DNA of 64,000 nucleotides from Macrostomum lignano. Taxonomy: Eukaryota. The notes below the pieces were generated by a model. That model saw only the letters and a program-made list of their open reading frames with translations. It searched no databases and had not been told where the DNA came from. A program made the position numbers and the translations under genes. The stretch lies in contig NIVC01001441.1 in the NCBI GenBank assembly GCA_002269645.1, positions 171,213 through 235,212 on the forward strand, written 5' to 3'. Shown here one piece after another: positions 39,071 to 53,200 of this stretch (its first letter is position 1; each line of letters starts with the position of its first letter).

Positions 39071-39609
39071 GCATGTATTCAATATGAGTTATAATATTTT
39101 TGATACGGTTATATGTAGTCTATTTATGATGTATGGGACTAAACAGACCATGAGACCGTGGAGGTAAGAGTTAGCTGTGGCCTTCCGATGGAGTTCCGTG
39201 GAGTTTTATAATGCAGCTTAGCAACAGTTTTAATGAGTCCCGCAGAGGCAGGGTCGGACAAAGCATTGCTGAATGCCAAGGCCAGGTTCGGTTGAGGGGG
39301 GCAATCAACAATGAAAGAGAATGGCGATGTGTCCAAGGCGGGGAGGGTGCACAATGAGCCCACAGCTGCACTCAATAGCAGAGCAGAGGTTAGCTGCCTT
39401 TCGGCTATCTACAGTACGAGCTAATTGTAGAGAGCTGCTTCGGTTGTGCTGGGCAGCTAGTGTCAGTTAAAGCAGACAGGTGGGCTGGGTGACCTTCGCT
39501 CGGCATCGAATAAGAAAAAAAAGCTTCTGCTAGAGACAGACAAGAGACCCTTCTGCTTCAAAGTTCATACCATTCTTATTAACCCGCACATTAGAGGTAG
39601 GCAGGTAGG

Positions 39610-40020
<411 letters not shown>

Positions 40021-40479
40021 TCAGTCCACCGCAAAAGGCAGTTGTCAAAGGCAACAGTGGCCGGCAGTATATGCTGCTAACAAATTACCGTGGAAGTCCG
40101 CAGCCACTGAGCGGTTCGGGGTTTAGCAGAAGACAACAATCTGTATGTAACCCGACACTTTGTCGGCGAGGTCTTTGAGGAGCCGAAACGATTGGAATAA
40201 TTTTGAATGGCTTTGCAGCTGCGGCAGGCGAAGTGTGTAATAAATAATAATTGGTTAATTGTCAATGTCGCGCCCATGCATACAGAGCAATGCAGACACG
40301 AGCGGCGCGAGTTCATGCTTTCTGTCTTGATTGCTGGTTTGTTTGAAAAAACACTAGCAAGGAAAATGAAAATCATTTAGCACTTTTATTGTGAATTCTG
40401 CTTTCGTGGAATGCTAAAGGAGATTCGGAAAGCGAACCAAAAATGATTTGGGGACATCGATGGAATGTTATTATTAGTA

Positions 40480-40800
40480 GGGAGATGCAGGGAGGGGAGT
40501 AGGGAGAGATGTAGGGAGAGAAGTAGGGATTGATTCACGGAGGAGAGTAGGGAAAAGCAGGGAGGAGAGTAAGGAGATGTAGGGAGGTTAGTAGGAAGAG
40601 ATGTAGGGAGGACAGTAGGGAGATGCAGGGAGAGATGTGTTAGTAGGGAGATGCAGGGAGGGGAGTAGGGAGAGATGTAGGGAGAGGAGTAGGGATTGAT
40701 TAAGGGAGGAGAGTAGGGAGAAGCAGGGAGTAGAGTAGGGAGATGTAGGGAGGAGAGTAGGGAGATGCAGGGATAGATGTAGGGAGGGGAGTAGGGGATC
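40480..40800. repeat. Degenerate purine-rich repeat
   Basis: GGGAGAGATGTAGGGAGGAGAGTA-like units. Confidence 0.85.
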
Positions 40801-41209
40801 GAGCGTTTCAGGTAGCGCAGGGCCGCCCACGCAGAGAAGAATTCCAATCGAGTTTGCAATTTAGCCGCCTGATTAGCCAAGTGACGCTCCAAGGGCTTGT
40901 CGGCAGCCTGAAGTAAAAAAAGCAGAAAAAGCCGCAATCCGATATTCGATCCGACGTGTCCCGTGCGCCAGGTGTAATTCGCAATTTGAATGCGACAAGC
41001 GAGAGGCGTACAGAATAGAAACCCAGAATAATAAAGGCTTAATTGGATTGCGGCGGGAGGTTTTTCTGCGAGCAACTTGCTCAACCGAAAATTATCGCTA
41101 TGAAGAATGCACTTTGTACAAATATATATACGAGTGCGCACTTTCAATTTTATTGTGTCACGTTTCATTATTTCTGGGGTATTATCTTAAAATGTCAAAA
41201 CACCATGCG

Positions 41210-41925
41210 GAGTGTTCCAAAACTACTCGGAAGGTTCCAAAGCTACTCGGAAGGTTCCAAAGCTACTCGAAAGGTTCCAAAGCTACTCGGAAGGTTCCAA
41301 AGCTACTTAGAATGTTCCAAAGCTACTTAGAACGTTCCAAAGCTACTTAAAAGGTTCCAAAGCTACTTCGAAGGTTCCAAAGCTACTTAGAACGTCCCAA
41401 AGCTACTTAAAAGGTTCCAAAGCTACTTAGAACGTTCCAAAGCTACTTTGAAGGTCCCAAAGCTACTCGGAAGGTTCCAAAGCTATTCAGAATGTTCCAA
41501 AGCTACTCAAAATGTTCCAAAGCTACTCAAAAGGTTCCAAAGCTATTTAGAAGGTTCCAAAGCTACTTAGAACATCCCAAAGCTACTTAGAACATCCCAA
41601 AGCTACTTAGAAGGTTCCAAAGCTACTTAGAACGTCCCAAAGCTACTTAGAAGGTTCTAAAACTACTTAGAAGGTTCCAAAGCTACTTAGAGGGTTCCAA
41701 AGCTACTTAGAAGGTTCCAAAGCTACTTAGAAGGTTCCAAAGCTACTTGGAAGGTTCCAAAGCTACTTAGAAGGTTCCAAAGCTACTCGGAAGGTTCCAA
41801 AGCTACTCAGAAGATTCCAAAGCTACTCAGAATGTTCCAAAGCTACTCAGAAGGTTCCAAAGCTACTCGGAAGGGAATAAAACTACCTGGAAGGTTCTAA
41901 AGCTACTCGGAGGGTTCCAAAACGA
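41210..41925. repeat. 20-bp minisatellite
   Basis: Unit AAGGTTCCAAAGCTACTTAG. Confidence 0.95.
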
Positions 41926-42719
41926 CTCTTATTTTCATTTTAGCTACTCAAAAGGTTTTGTAGTTACTGCAATCGTTCTAACGTGACTTGGAAGGCTCTA
42001 TCTAGGTTATTTTTAGTGTTCCAAAGCCTTAAATTTTAAAGCGTAAAATTTGAAAGAGTTTTCTGATCCCAAGTATTCCTTAGTCTACTGTAGAAAATGT
42101 CGGTTTTCACAAAGCCTCTGAATCATAAAATTCCTTGTAATTGTATAATAGTACAAAAACGACAAGCTAACTAATAAGGCCGTCCAAAAGTCTGGGCTAC
42201 GGGAGTCAATTCCCTGCATATCCAATTAGCACCTGTCATAATAAACAAATTCCAAACGCGCCGGGCAGTGCACGAGCAGGATCGTAAATGTTTTGATCGC
42301 TCGACTGAACCAGAAAAAGAGAGGAACTTCTGAACTCCTCCAATTCTGGCTGGAATTTTATGCAAATTTGTTAATTCTAAAAATAGCGACAGAGTTCGGC
42401 ACCAAATATAGCCGGTGACCCGGCATTGACTGGCCGCATTCCATTGCTGTGCAATTCCTTGACAACAGAAACGATACTCGAATTTTGGCCAATCGCAATT
42501 TCATGAAGCATGGCAGTTGACAGATGGCAGTTGACAGCTTGTTTGGAAAGCCAATAAATGCGTTGGTAAAGTGCTATCTTACTTCTCCATCCTGCTGAAG
42601 GTGCCGAAAGTTGCTTTGGGGCTTAGGCAACATGGGACGGCTCGAAACAGCGCCGATTTTAAGGGGGTGCTTCTCACACTTCTCAATGATATGGGGATTC
42701 ATAATCCACGAACTTTATA

Positions 42720-43820
42720 TTCCCCAACCTCGTATTCCCAAGCTTCATATCCGCCCAAACCCAATCATAACCCCAAACCTTCAAACCCCCAAAATCCATA
42801 TCCCCCAAATTAATAATATCTCCCAAACTTCATATCCCCAACCTTCCTGTCCCGAATCTTCATATCTCCCAAACTTTATATCCTCCAAAATTCATATCCT
42901 TCAACCTTCATATCCCCCAAAATTCATATCCCCAACCTTCATATCCCCAAACTTCATATTCCCCAACCTTCATATCCCCCAAAATTCATATCCCCAACCT
43001 TCATATCCCCAACCTTCATATTACCCAACCTTCATATCCCCCAAAATTCATATCCCCAACCTTCATATTCCCCAACCTTCGTATCCCCCAAAATTCATAT
43101 CCCCAACCTTCATATTCCCCAACCTTCATATCCCCCAAAATTCATATCCCCAACCTTCATATCCCCAACCTTCATATTCCCCAACCTTCATATCCCCAAC
43201 CTTCATATCCCCAACCTTCATATTCCCCAACCTTCATATCCCCCAAAATTCATATCCCCAACCTTCATATCCCCAACCTTCATATCCCCCAAAATTCATA
43301 TCCCCAACCTTCATATCCAAACCTTCGTATCCTAAACTTAATATCCTAAAAAATTCATATCCATAACCATCATATCCCCAACCTTCATATCCCCCAACCT
43401 TCATATTCCCTAACTTTCATATCCCCCAAAATTCATATCCCCAACCTTCATATCCCCTAAAATTCATATCCCCAACCTTCATATCCCCCAACCTTCATAT
43501 TCCCCAACTTTCATATCCCCCAAAATTCATATCCCCAACCTTCATATCCCCCAAAATTCATATCCCCAACCTTCATATCCCCAACTTTCATATCCCCCAA
43601 AATTCATATCCCTAACCTTCATATCTCCCAAAATTCATATCCCCAACCTTCATATCTCCCAAAATTCATATCCCCAACCTTAATATGTCCCAAAATTCAT
43701 ATCCCCAACCTTAATATGTCCCAAAATTCATATCCCGAACCTTCATATCCCCCAACCTTTATATCCCCAACCTTCATATCCCCCAAAATCCATATCCCCA
43801 AATTTCATATCCCCAAACCT
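42720..43820. repeat. 15-16-bp minisatellite
   Basis: Units CCCCAACCTTCATAT and CCCCCAAAATTCATAT. Confidence 0.95.
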
Positions 43821-43879
43821 CCCAGGAGTTGTTGCATATCATGACTGAATGAAGCGCCAGTGAAGAGTTGCTGATAATT

Positions 43880-44020
43880 ATGATAGTTGAATTTTAAAAA
43901 ATCAGATTGCAATTAAACATGCGACATTCAAGGAATTGAGAATCAGCAAAGAGAGAGGCGTGCAGCAAATCGGGCACTGCGGGCCGTCCCTCTCAGTAAA
44001 TGGTCAGTGTATTTAATAGC
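43880..44020 (-). mobile_element. Possible degenerate LINE 3' remnant (C-terminal Cys/His knuckle)
   Basis: Minus-strand fragments HLLRG / DGPQCPICCTPLSL / FLECRMF across frameshifts resemble the CxxC...H...C tail of I-group LINE ORF2. Confidence 0.4.
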
Positions 44021-45322
44021 AATAATAATATTATTAATAAGTAATCATCTTCTCCTCGGCAGACAGGAATCACAACACTGGGAACAGAATTTATATAACG
44101 CGACTAATTTGCTAAATAAACCGAAACAAAGGAAAATAAGACTCAATCGTAGGACAACATGACAGCAAAACGGGACAGGCCGGTGTACGATGCATTTGGA
44201 ATGATATCAATAATAATATCTATTCCTTTCTAGTCTACTTTAAGTAGGCAGTAGGCTCGGCTATTGAATAGAATCAGATGATGCGGCTTGCAGTAAACAG
44301 GATATGCTGAGTAATCCAACCGATTGATAAATCTAAAATTAATTTAATACGGCAGTAACAACATTTCTGAATATAGCCAAGATTTAAGCACTTTAGAACT
44401 TGCTCACAAAGTAACAAATTAGGCTGGCTACACGATAAAAATGAATAATTACGTCACAACAGAAGTTGAAGAGATCCGAAAACCAAAAAAAAAAATTGAA
44501 TCACAAATCGTAATGATAGCTCAATTAAAGATTAAACTCACTGTCAAGACCAAAAAACAGAGTAGCAGACAGATAATAACTCACAAATAATTAAACAATT
44601 ATTCAATTCATTGGTGACCGAATCATACTACTGAGAACGGCGGGCTTAGCTAAGTAGTATTATTTGTTCCTATCGGCCGAAACATTAGCACAGAAAAAAT
44701 GAAGCTTGTTAAGCTTACGAATAGGGAATATACAGGGCGGCTAAATAATTATTGGGCAATTAGCGATAAACTGTCATTGCACACCGCCTCAGGCTGGACC
44801 GATGAGAGCCCAGTGGAGCCAGTCCAATATTCATTTACATGCTGGGTAATGAAGCTAAATATTGCCAATTCATAACGGTTGATATCAGTAGTATATACCG
44901 TGCGTAATTTACATGTAACACATTTTGGGACTTGGGATCTGGGATTGGTGAATGAAGTGATTGTCAGGTGTTGAATTGCAATAACTATCATGTAATGGAA
45001 CTTGGGATTTGGAGAACCGTTCAGCCCCTGATTCTGCGGAATTCACAGGCTCCAGACATGGGATTTCAGGTTCGGGACTTCGGGACTCGAGGTTTGGGAT
45101 CTGATCGGGACTCGAGATTGGGGATGATTATGGGTCTGGAGATTTGGGATTATTTGGGAACTTAATATTTAGGATCTCATTGAGACACGATATGATTAGG
45201 ATATTTCTTTGGATGGGATCCCGGGATTTCGGAGATTTTGACAAGTTAGAATAAAGCTCACGAGGCTAATCAGGATGCGATGATGGATTTGCGGGTTGGG
45301 GGGGGGCGAGTGCACCGCCCGC

Positions 45323-47259
45323 TCAATAGAGGCTCTTCATGCCGGACTCCTCGAAGGCGGACCAGGCGTCGTTGAGCTCCACGAAGACAAGCTTGGAGAA
45401 GGCCTCGTGCTGCGTGCCGGCCCACTTGTCCGGGTGGACGGCCAGACAGGCCTTTCTGTACACCTTCTTCACCTGGTCCCCGGACACCAGGTCGGCCATG
45501 GACACCTGCGTCCAGCGGCAGCCCTCCCACACTACCGTGTGCAGCGAGCAGAGCAGACCGCGCACGTTTCGCTCCTTGCCAGCTACCCAGGCTTCAACTC
45601 TGCGGGGAAGGAAAGTTGGCTAGTCTAGCAATCCATTATACGCTCTTATTCCTTTATACAAGTTGGCTAGTCTAGCAATCCACTCTACTCCTGCATCCAA
45701 GTTGGCTAGTCTAGCAATCCATTCTACTCCTGCATCTATGTTGGCTAGTCTAGCAATCCATTCTACTCCTGCATCCAAGTTGGCTAGTCTAGCAATCCAT
45801 TCTACTCCTGCATCCAAGTTGGCTAATCTAGCAATTCATTATACTGCTGCATCCAAGTTGGCTAGTCTAGCAATCCATTATACTGCTGCATCCAAGTTGG
45901 CTAGAATAGCAATCCATTATACTGCTGCATCCAAGTTGGCTAGAATAGCAATCCATTATACTGCTGCATCCAAGTTGGCTAGTCTAGCAATCCATTATAC
46001 TGCTGCATCCAAGTTGGCTAGAATAGCAATCCATTATACTGCTGCATCCAAGTTGGCTAATCTAGCAATCCATTATACTGCTGCATCCAAGTTGGCTAGT
46101 CTAGCAATCCATTATACTGCTGCATCCAAGTTGGCTAGTCTAGCAATCCATTATACTGCTGCATCCAAGTTGGCTAGTCTAGCAATCCATTATACTGCTG
46201 CATCCAAGTTGGCTAGTCTAGCAATCCGCAGCTGCTCACTTGGCGCGCTCCGGGTCCATAGACTGCGCCCTGGCCTGGTGCCGCATCTCGTGCAGACTGC
46301 GCGGCTCTTTGCGCTGATTTTGCGCGGCGCCGACAAAATTGCCGTGCCCGGCGCCCTTGAGCAGATCGTCGAATAGGCCGCCACCGCCGCTACCGGCGCC
46401 AAAGGAGGACGATGAAGAAGCAGGCTGGGTCTGTTGCGGCTGTGACGGCTGCTGTTGAGAGAAATTTGAACGACTGTAGTTGGGCTTCGACTGCTGCTGC
46501 TGGCCGGCAGACGGCAGGGGAGGTCGCGACGGTTGCGGCTTAGGCGGCTGCTGCTGCGGCTTTTGCTGATGCTGCGGCTTTTGCTGATGCTGCGGCTTTT
46601 GCTGCTGCTGGCCGCCAATGGGAGCAAACGGGTCAAACTCCAGGTTGCCCTCCCCGGTCGAGGGGCCAAAGTCAAGCAGGTCCGATTTGGCCCCGCCGCC
46701 GCCTCCGACTGTGAAATTCGGACCGCCGAAAAAGTCGTCAACAACGTAGGGAGCCTTCGGAGGCGGCGTTGCCGTCGTCCCCGCAGACGCTGCGGCGGGA
46801 GCTGGAGCCGAGGAGAACAGGTCGCTGAGCAGGTCGGCGTTGGATTGGGTCTGGCGCAGCGAGGCCGACGAGGCCGCTGGGCTCAGGCCGCCGTTGCTGC
46901 CGCCACCGCCGCCGCCGCCGCCAAATCCCAGCAAGTCGGCCACCCCAGCAGAGACGTCGTTAAGCGCCGCGGATTGCTCCAAATCGGCCTGCCTGTGCGG
47001 CTCTTCCGGCGGACAGAAATTGCCAGAACCGCCGCCAGACAGTCTGCGCCGCCTCTCGGCTTCGGCCTCGGCGCGATCCCGCTCGGCTTCTCGGTGCGCG
47101 GCGCGCAGAGCCTCCGCTTCGTAGTCGCGAGGGCCGTCGTCGCGCTGCTGCTGCGGCTCGCTGATTGGCGGTTGCGCCGATGGCGCCGGCTCCTCTAAGT
47201 GCTGCCAGTCCAGGGTGTCGAAGAAGGAAGAGCCGCCTTCGCGCTGCGGCTTCGGTGGT

Positions 47260-47293
<34 letters not shown>

Positions 47294-50200
47294 GTGCAGC
47301 CGGCTCGTTGTCGGCCAGCGGCGAGTCCTGCGAGCTAACCGGGCTGGCCAGAGGCGGCGCCTCGCCGTCGCGCATGAAATCGGCGCGCAGCTTGGCGAGC
47401 TCCTCGTCTTCGGACACTAACAGGCGGGGCTTCAAACCGCGCGCCTGGAAGCCGTCCCAGGGCGGCGGCCCGTCCACTAGCGGCTTGTCCTGCGGCGACA
47501 CGACCAAGTCTAGGGAGAGCTTGAAGTCGCTCGAGTACTTGTCGTCCGTGTCGAGGAAGTCCAGCTCGCATCTGGATTTAACAGATCGGAGGCGATTCTT
47601 GTTGTGGGTCAGAGGCGATTCTTGTGGTGGGTCAGAGGCGATTCTTGTTGTGGGTCAGAGGCGATTCTTGTTGTGGGTCAGAGGCGATTCTTGTTGTGGG
47701 TCAGAGGCGATTTTTGTTGTGGGTCAGAGGCGATTCTTGTGGTGGGTCAGAGGCGATTCTTGTTGTGGGTCAGAGGCGATTCTTGTTGTGGGTCAGAGGC
47801 GATTCTTGTTGTGGGTCAGAGGCGATTCTTGTTGTGGGTCAGAGGCGATTTTTGATGTGGGTCAGAGGCGATTCTTGTTGTGGGTCAGAGGCGATTCTTG
47901 TTGTGGGTCAGAGGCGATTCTTGTGGTGGGTCAGAGGCGATTCTTATGGTGGATCGGAGGCGATTCTTATGGTGGGTCAGAGGCGATTCTTGTGGTGGGT
48001 CAGAGGCGATTCTTATGGTGGGTCAGAGGGGATTCCTGTTTTGGGTCAGAGGGGATTCCTGTTGTGGGTCAGGGGGATTCCTGTTGTGGGTCAGGGGGGA
48101 TTCCTGTTGTGGGTCAGAGGCGATTCTTATGGTAGGTCAGAGGCGATTTTTATGGTGGGTCAGAGGCGATTCATATGGTGGATCAGAGGCGATTTTTATG
48201 GTGGGTCAGAGGCGATTCTTATGGTGGGTCGGAGGGGATTCCTGTTGTGGATCAGAGGAGATTCTTGTGGTGGATCAGAGAGGATTCTTATGGTGGGTCA
48301 GAGGCGATTCCTGTTGTGGGTCAGAGGGGATTCCTGTTGTGGGTCAGAGGGGATTCCTGTTGTGGGTCAGAGGGGATTCCTGTTGTGGGTCAGAGGGGAT
48401 TCCTGTTGTGGGTCAGAGGGGATTCCTGTTGTGGGTCAGAGGGGATTCCTGTTGTGGGTCAGAGGGGATTCCTGTTGTGGATCAGAGAGGATTCTTATGG
48501 TGGGTCAGAGGCGATTCTTGTTGTGGGTCAGAGGCGATTCTTGTTGTGGGTCAGAGGCGATTCTTGTTGTGGGTCAGAGGCGATTTTTGATGTGGGTCAG
48601 AGGCGATTCTTGTTGTGGGTCAGAGGCGATTCTTGTTGTGGGTCAGAGGCGATTCTTGTGGTGGGTCAGAGGCGATTCTTATGGTGGATCGGAGGCGATT
48701 CTTATGGTGGGTCAGAGGCGATTCTTGTGGTGGGTCAGAGGCGATTCTTATGGTGGGTCAGAGGGGATTCCTGTTTTGGGTCAGAGGGGATTCCTGTTGT
48801 GGGTCAGGGGGATTCCTGTTGTGGGTCAGGGGGGATTCCTGTTGTGGGTCAGAGGCGATTCTTATGGTAGGTCAGAGGCGATTTTTATGGTGGGTCAGAG
48901 GCGATTCATATGGTGGATCAGAGGCGATTTTTATGGTGGGTCAGAGGCGATTCTTATGGTGGGTCGGAGGGGATTCCTGTTGTGGATCAGAGGAGATTCT
49001 TGTGGTGGATCAGAGAGGATTCTTATGGTGGGTCAGAGGCGATTCCTGTTGTGGGTCAGAGGGGATTCCTGTTGTGGGTCAGAGGGGATTCCTGTTGTGG
49101 GTCAGAGGGGATTCCTGTTGTGGGTCAGAGGGGATTCCTGTTGTGGGTCAGAGGGGATTCCTGTTGTGGGTCAGAGGGGATTCCTGTTGTGGGTCAGAGG
49201 GGATTCCTGTTGTGGATCAGAGAGGATTCTTATGGTGGGTCAGAGGCGATTCCTGTTGTGGGTCAGAGGGGATTCCTGTTGTGGGTCAGAGGGGATTCCT
49301 GTTGTGGGTCAGAGGGGATTCCTGTTGTGGGTCAGAGGGGATTCCTGTTGTGGGTCAGAGGGGATTCCTGTTGTGGGTCAGAGGGGATTCCTGTTGTGGG
49401 TCAGATCATAACAACACGACAGACGTCTCACTTAGTAAAGTTGAGTCGGTCAAAGTCCTCTCGAACGAAGCCAGTGTGAAACTGAACCTGACAGATCTTC
49501 ATGGAGCTGATCTGCAAAAGTGCATTGCAATTCAATGCACATTTTGTTAAAAGTTCATTAAAAACAGAAAATATGAGAAGAAAACAAAAATTCTGACTAA
49601 AAATATGAAGTACGAAGTACGCAACCTGTTATCTGCCTGACCGCAGTTGAACTAACGCAATCTCCATTGAAAGCAACAATGAAACGCATGAAGGAAAAAA
49701 ACGAACTCTTAAAGTTTAAAGACCACAAACCGGAGATTTGCTGAAATTCTATATACTAAAATATAAGCTACACTAACTGAATAGCATTACCTTTTTTATC
49801 CAATTTCGAGACTGAAAAAAGCGGTGGAAACAACTGCCTAATGGAAAGTGCTATGCACCGAAGGAAGCATTAAGTATGAGCATGGCGAATAAGAAAGTAC
49901 GAGCTAGATTTGAAAGACTGAGTTCTTGTTTAAAAGTTGGAATTGCTGTTAAATTAGAGATCTAGGAGGCTGGCTCAGCAACTGAGGATCTGGGAGGCTG
50001 GCTCAGCAACTGAGGATCTGGGAGGCTGGCTCAGCAACTGAGGATCTAGGAGGCTGGCTCAGCAACTGAGGATCTGGGAGGCTGGCTCAGCAACTGAGGA
50101 TCTGGGAGGCTGGCTCAGCAACTGAGGATCTGGGAGGCTGGCCCAGCAACTGAGGATCTGGGAGGCTGGCCCAGCAACTGAGGATCTGGGAGGCTGGCTC

Positions 50201-53200
50201 AGCAACTGAGGATCTGGGAGGCTGGCTCAGCAACTGAGGATCTGGGAGGCTGGCTCAGCAACTGAGGATCTGGGAGGCTGGCCCAGCAACTGAGGATCTG
50301 GGAGGCTGGCTCAGCAACTGAGGATCTGGGAGGCTGGCTCAGCAACTGAGGATCTGGGAGGCTGGCTCAGCAACTGAGGATCTGGGAGGCTGGCTCAGCA
50401 ACTGAGGATCTGGGAGGCTGGCTCAGCAACTGAGGATCTGGGAGGCTGACTCAGCAACTGAGGATCTGGGAGGCTGGCTCAGCAACTGAGGATCTGGGAG
50501 GCTGGCTCAGCAACTGAGGATCTGGGAGGCTGGCTCAGCAACTGAGGATCTGGGAGGCTGGCTCAGCAACTGAGGATCTGGGAGGCTGGCTCAGCAACTG
50601 AGGATCTGGGAGGCTGGCTCAGCAACTGAGGATCTGGGAGGCTGGCTCAGCAACTGAGGATCTGGGAGGCTGGCTCAGCACTGAGGATCTAGGAGGCTGG
50701 CTCAGCAACTGAGGATCTGGGAGGCTGGCTCAGCAACTGAGGATCTAGGAGGCTGGCTCAGCAACTGAGGATCTGGGAGGCTGGCTCAGCAACTGGGGAT
50801 CTGGGAGGCTGGCTCAGCAACTGAGGATCTGGGAGGCTGGCTCAGCAACTGGGGATCTGGGAGGGCGGCAGTGGCCCAGCTCAAGACTTACCCTGCCCTG
50901 CATCTTGCCGCCCAGCGTGGAGCGCGCGTGGAACACGGAGATGGTGACATCGCCGCACACGGATATGTTGAGGCCGAGCCGGACCTGGCCATCCTCAACA
51001 AGCGCTGGCCGCATGGCCTCGTAGGACTCCGGACAGGTGCTCAGCACCCGCTCGCCGTTGGCCCAAACCTCGGCGTAGGGGTGCAGCCGCGGCGCTGACG
51101 GTTGAACATGGGCACCGGGGTGAGCGTGAGCGTCACCAGCATCACCGGGCGACGGTGGGGCAGCCGCGGCGGGTCGGCAGCCATCGCCGCCGTGTAGTCG
51201 GCGTAGCGACGCTGCGAGGGCGAAATGTTTGGCGGGCAGCGTCGGGCGGCGAACAGCTCGAGGCCATGGCGCGGTGAAGGGAAAAGGCGGAGGAAGCAGC
51301 AGGTGGCGGCGGACACCAGGGCGCTGCTGGCCTTGCCGTCCAGGCAGTGGAGAACGCAGATCGTGTGGGGACCCTGGGGATGGGGCGGTGATGGGCAATG
51401 GGCTGCGCTGGATTGCAGTGCTGCAGAAATATGAATGGAGAAACGGATTCAAGCACTGAGGCAGACTCAAGCACTGGGGCAGACTCAAGCACTGGGGCAG
51501 ACTCAAGCACTGGGGCTGACTCAAGCACTGGGGCAGACTCAAGCACTGGGGCAGAATCAAGCACTGGGGCAGACTCAAGCACTGAGGCAGACTCAAGCAC
51601 TGAGGCAGACTCAAGCACTGGGGCAGACTCAAGCACTGGGGCAGAATCAAGCACTGGGGCAGACTCAAGCACTGAGGCAGACTCAAGCACTGGGGCAGAA
51701 TCAAGCACTGGGGCAGACTCAAGCACTGGGGCAGACTCAAGCACTGGGGCAGACTCAAGCACTGGGGCAGACTCAGGCACTGGGGCAGACTCAAGCACTG
51801 GGGCAGACTCAAGCACTGGGGCAGACTCAAGCACTGGGGCAGACTCAAGCACTGAGGCAGACTCAAGCACTGGGGCAGACTCAAGCACTGGGGCAGACTC
51901 AAGCACTGGGGCAGACTCAAGCACTGGGGCAGACTCAGGCATCCGTGATTTACCTGCCGCAGCCAGAGCTGCATGTTGCGCAGGATGGCAAACAGGGAAG
52001 CCAGCGGAGGCGCAGTGCCGGCCTCCCAGCCGACCTCGGAGACGCGGCCTTCAAATCGGGATTGCGGATATCGCCTGGTGCTCAAATTGTAAACAGCGTA
52101 GGCTCTGGGATGCCTGGAGTCCAGGAAGGCGCGCACGTCCTCGTAGTGATTGCGGTAGGCAGACTCGAGGCCCTCGGCCGGGTAGGACATGACGGCCAGC
52201 CGGCTGGTGAGGTAGTGCAGGTCCAGGCCTTCACGGCTCATGGCGGCCACGGTCTCTGTGACTCGGCTGCCTACATCACGGATGCGGCCCATGAAGGAGG
52301 ACAGAACCGAACCGCCTGGGCCGGCCGCGGCAGCACCGGCGCCTGCGGCATCGCTGGCCGACGCGTGGCCTGCGGGGACAGGTTGGGTGCTGATTTACTG
52401 GGAGCCTGGGGATTTAGGTTAGGGTGAGGATTTAGGTTAGGGTGAGGATTTATTGGGAGCCTGAGGATTTAGGTTAGGGTGAGGATTTAGGTTAGGGTGA
52501 GGATTTAGGTTAGGGTGAGGATTTACTGGGAGCCTGAGGATTTGGGTTAGGGTGAGGATTTAGGTTAGGGTGAGGATTTACTGGGAGCCTGAGGATTTGG
52601 GTTAGGGTGAGGATTTAGGTTAGGGTGAGGATTTACTGGGAGCCTGAGGATTTAGGTTAGGGTGAGGATTTACTGGGAGCCTGAGGATTTAGGTTAGGGT
52701 GAGGATTTACTGGGAGCCTGAGGATTTAGGTTAGGGTGAGGATTTACTGGGAGCCTGAGGATTTAGGTAAGGGTTAGGATTTAGGTTAGGGTGAGGATTT
52801 ATTGGGAGCCTGGGGATTTAGGTTAGGATGATTTACTGGGAGCCTGAGGATTTAGGTTAGGGGTAGAGTATGATTATGGCTCAGAGTATGAAAAGATGGT
52901 GAAGAGTCTGAGGTTAGGAAGCTTACAGAGGATCTGGGCTGATGCTGTACGATCTAGGTGACTTAGCTCAGCATCAGGATATGGAATATGAGCCAAAGAT
53001 TCCGATGCAGGGCAAGTTAGGCAAGTGATTACCTGCTTGGCCAGGCGGGGCGGCAGGCCGCGGTGGAGGTGGCGGTCGCGCCGGTGGCTGCTGCTGCTGC
53101 TGCTGCTGTGGCGGCGGCGGCGGCTGCTGGGCAACCCTGGGCGCGGGGTTCCCAGGCAGCAGGCCCTGCACAGGCCCTTTGGGATCGATGCCAGGCGACA

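Noticed and set aside
34383-39189. 18-bp identity TAGCTGTGGCCTTCCGAT at 34383 and 39172
   Set aside because: The flanks do not extend the alignment convincingly, so it cannot be assigned to an element from this window alone.
47624-49550. Long ORFs (up to 595 aa) with VGQRRFLLWVRGDSCCGSE repeats
   Set aside because: They are translations of a stop-poor 23-bp minisatellite antisense to GAK intron 7, open in several frames.
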